The notes under the pieces are model-generated. The model saw only the letters and a program-made list of their open reading frames with translations. It had not been told where the DNA came from and did no database searches. 10,474 nucleotides of DNA from Bacteroides sp. Its GTDB lineage: Bacteria > Bacteroidota > Bacteroidia > G022818785. Below, piece by piece: positions 8,347 to 10,474 of the stretch. The position numbers were made by a program, and so were the translations under genes. The stretch lies in NCBI GenBank assembly GCA_022818785.1, contig CP063811.1:63655-74128 (forward strand), written 5' to 3'. The first letter of the stretch is position 1. Every line of letters starts with the position of its first letter.

Positions 8347-8712
8347 CTAAAATATAAAATTGTTACTAAATATATAAAATAATATGTAATTAAAAAAAAA
8401 ATTAAAAGAAAAATAATATATATCACTAATCCCCTTAGTGGCAAAAAACACAACGCAAATTGTATTAATAGTAATTTTAAAAATTAAAAAATAAAATATA
8501 ATTTTGCATTGAAAGGATGAATAATTATAAGTAAAATATTTAATAATAGATACTAATAATAGCAATAATAAATTGCTTAACACAATGTTAATATAATAAT
8601 TATTAATGATTTTTAAATATAAATTTTTATCAAAAAAATATATAAACATTATAAATAACACAACAACTAAAATATAATTAAAAATATTTTTAATTATATT
8701 TTTTACAATCAT
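8347..8712 (-). CDS. Membrane protein (about 4 TM) directly upstream of atpB; AtpI-like accessory protein of Bacteroidota atp operons
   Basis: 121-aa very hydrophobic ORF with ATGA overlap to the bactofilin gene; C-terminal FK.....VVFF......FSFNFFFNYILF resembles the protein usually found in this position. Confidence 0.6.
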   Translation of the reverse strand: MIVKNIIKNIFNYILVVVLFIMFIYFFDKNLYLKIINNYYINIVLSNLLLLLLVSIIKYFTYNYSSFQCKIIFYFLIFKITINTICVVFFATKGISDIYYFSFNFFFNYILFYIFSNNFIF

Positions 8713-9080
8713 ATTGATTTTTTAGATTTAGAATCATTCAATTTATTTGAATCACCTATATGAAAATTTCCAGATATAATAGCTCCAGACTCTACTATTA
8801 ATTTTTTTGCATGACAATCTCCTTGTATATTAGCAGTATCTTTTAAAAACAATATCTCCGTTATTTTAATATCACCATTAAAATAACCAAATATGTCAGC
8901 ATTCAAACAATTTAAATGACCTAACATTTTGCCATTATTACCAATTATAACTTTTTTTTGAGATGTAATATTGCCTATGATAGTTCCATCTATTCTAATA
9001 CTATTATCACATTTTATATTACCTTCTACAATAGTCCCATCACTAATAAGATTTATAGATTCAATTTTATCATTTTTCAT
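8709..9080 (-). CDS. Bactofilin (polymer-forming cytoskeletal protein, CcmA family)
   Basis: NLISDGTIVEGNIKCDNSIRIDGTIIGNI, KVIIGNNG, ADIFGYFNGDI, LKDTANIQGD and KKLIVESGAIISGNF are typical beta-helix repeats; usual Bacteroidota position upstream of the atp operon. Confidence 0.92.
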   Translation of the reverse strand: MKNDKIESINLISDGTIVEGNIKCDNSIRIDGTIIGNITSQKKVIIGNNGKMLGHLNCLNADIFGYFNGDIKITEILFLKDTANIQGDCHAKKLIVESGAIISGNFHIGDSNKLNDSKSKKSI

Positions 9081-9097
9081 TTTACTTTATCATAATA

Positions 9098-10474
9098 TTA
9101 ATTTAATGAATGATCTAATACTTCATCTATATAATTTACATATATAAAATTTAGCTTTTTATTTTGCAAATCAGATATTTCATTAACATCTTTTTTATTT
9201 TCATTAGACATAATAATGTTAGTAATACCAGATCTTTCTGCTGCTAATATTTTTTCTTTTATCCCTCCTACTGGTAAAACTTTTCCTCTTAATGTAATTT
9301 CTCCAGTCATAGCCAATTTAGGTTTTAATTTCTTTTTTGAAAATGCCGAAGCTAATGCCACTAATATTGTAATTCCTGCTGATGGACCATCTTTGGGAAT
9401 AGCGCCTGCAGGAACATGAATATGTATATCTGAATTTTCAAACAATGAAACATCTATATTTAATTTTTGAGCCGCTTTTGATTTTAAATATGATAATGCT
9501 ATTGTGGCAGATTCTTTCATGACATCTCCTAAATTACCAGTAAGAGTTAATTTTCCTTTCCCTGGACTATAAGATGCCTCTATAAATATTATATCCCCAC
9601 CTACAGCAGTCCAAGCTAATCCTATAGATACACCGTAAGAATTATTTTCCTCATATAAATCTTTTTCATATTTCCTTATACCTAATGTATCTATAATATT
9701 TTCTTTTTTTATACCTAATGTATATTTCTCATTAGAAGCAATTTGCTTAGCTTTTCTTCTTATTAAAGCAGCAATTTGTTTTTCAAGTCCTCTGACTCCA
9801 GATTCATAAGTATAATGTTCAATAATTTCTTTTATGGTTTTTTTTGTAAATTTTATTTTATAATTCTTATCTAATCCATGATAAGATAATTGTTTTGGTA
9901 TGAGATAATTATGAGAAATAGCAATTTTATCATCAACTGTATATCCATTAATATTAATTATTTCTAATCTATCTTCTAATGCTGGATGAATATTTGAAGT
10001 TGAATTAGCAGTTGCTATAAAAAGAACATTTGATAAATCAAATTCTGATTCAACATAATGATCATAAAAAGTATTATTTTGTTCTGGATCTAAAACTTCT
10101 AATAAAGCTGCTGAAGGATCACCTCTAAAATCATTTCCTACTTTATCAATTTCATCTAATAATAATACAGGATTTGCATATTTTGCTTTTTTCAACGATT
10201 GTATAATTCTACCAGGCATAGCACTAATATATGTTTTTCTATGTCCTCTAATATCTGACTCATCTCTTATGCCTCCTAAAGAAATTCTTACATATTTTTT
10301 ATTAATAGCTCTAGCAATGGATCTACCCATAGAAGTTTTACCAACTCCAGGAGGACCTACTAAACATAAAATAGGAGCTTTCATATTATTTTTTAGCTTT
10401 AAAACAGCTATATATTCTAATATACGATTTTTAACTTTTGTTAATCCATAATGATCTCTATCTAATATTTTTTT
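9098..10474 (-). CDS. lon: ATP-dependent protease La (Lon); 5' end lies outside the window
   Basis: Frame open to the window end ([22 protein letters not shown]...); Walker [17 protein letters not shown], Walker B LLLDEIDK, catalytic PKDGPSAG and GGIKEK. Confidence 0.98.
   Translation of the reverse strand, partial: KKILDRDHYGLTKVKNRILEYIAVLKLKNNMKAPILCLVGPPGVGKTSMGRSIARAINKKYVRISLGGIRDESDIRGHRKTYISAMPGRIIQSLKKAKYANPVLLLDEIDKVGNDFRGDPSAALLEVLDPEQNNTFYDHYVESEFDLSNVLFIATANSTSNIHPALEDRLEIININGYTVDDKIAISHNYLIPKQLSYHGLDKNYKIKFTKKTIKEIIEHYTYESGVRGLEKQIAALIRRKAKQIASNEKYTLGIKKENIIDTLGIRKYEKDLYEENNSYGVSIGLAWTAVGGDIIFIEASYSPGKGKLTLTGNLGDVMKESATIALSYLKSKAAQKLNIDVSLFENSDIHIHVPAGAIPKDGPSAGITILVALASAFSKKKLKPKLAMTGEITLRGKVLPVGGIKEKILAAERSGITNIIMSNENKKDVNEISDLQNKKLNFIYVNYIDEVLDHSLN

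Noticed and set aside
8058-8453. 131-aa ORF as an independent novel membrane protein
   Set aside because: Its C-terminal two-thirds is the recognisable N-terminus of AtpB, and the TTG-started extension overlaps the upstream gene by 107 bp.
9082-9093. Mini-ORF ATG ATA AAG TAA between lon and the bactofilin gene
   Set aside because: Three-codon ORFs are frequent in AT-rich DNA; no supporting evidence for function.
9216-9419. 67-aa + strand ORF
   Set aside because: Antisense shadow of the conserved Lon protease domain.
10269-10451. 60-aa + strand ORF
   Set aside because: Antisense shadow of the Lon AAA+ domain.

Overview
Gene-dense, extremely AT-rich window (about 20% GC by eye; sampled 60-nt lines range from about 8% to 42%) from a Bacteroidota genome that looks like a reduced endosymbiont. 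+ strand: 3' part of mqnE, mqnA (futalosine menaquinone pathway) and rpe. - strand, converging on them: 3' part of lon, a bactofilin gene, an AtpI-like membrane protein, atpB-E-F-H-A-G and folC. No mobile elements, CRISPR arrays or RNA genes seen; the content is housekeeping and I found no wholly new system. Most notable: atpB is split by a frameshift that stop codons confine to a (TA)6T microsatellite, and adding one TA unit restores a 341-aa Bacteroidota-type subunit a with a signal peptide. Also notable: a perfect 14-bp hairpin just after atpE, an exact 20-bp tandem repeat inside atpE, and retention of the futalosine pathway and a bactofilin in such an AT-rich genome. All homology calls are from motif recognition, not database searches.
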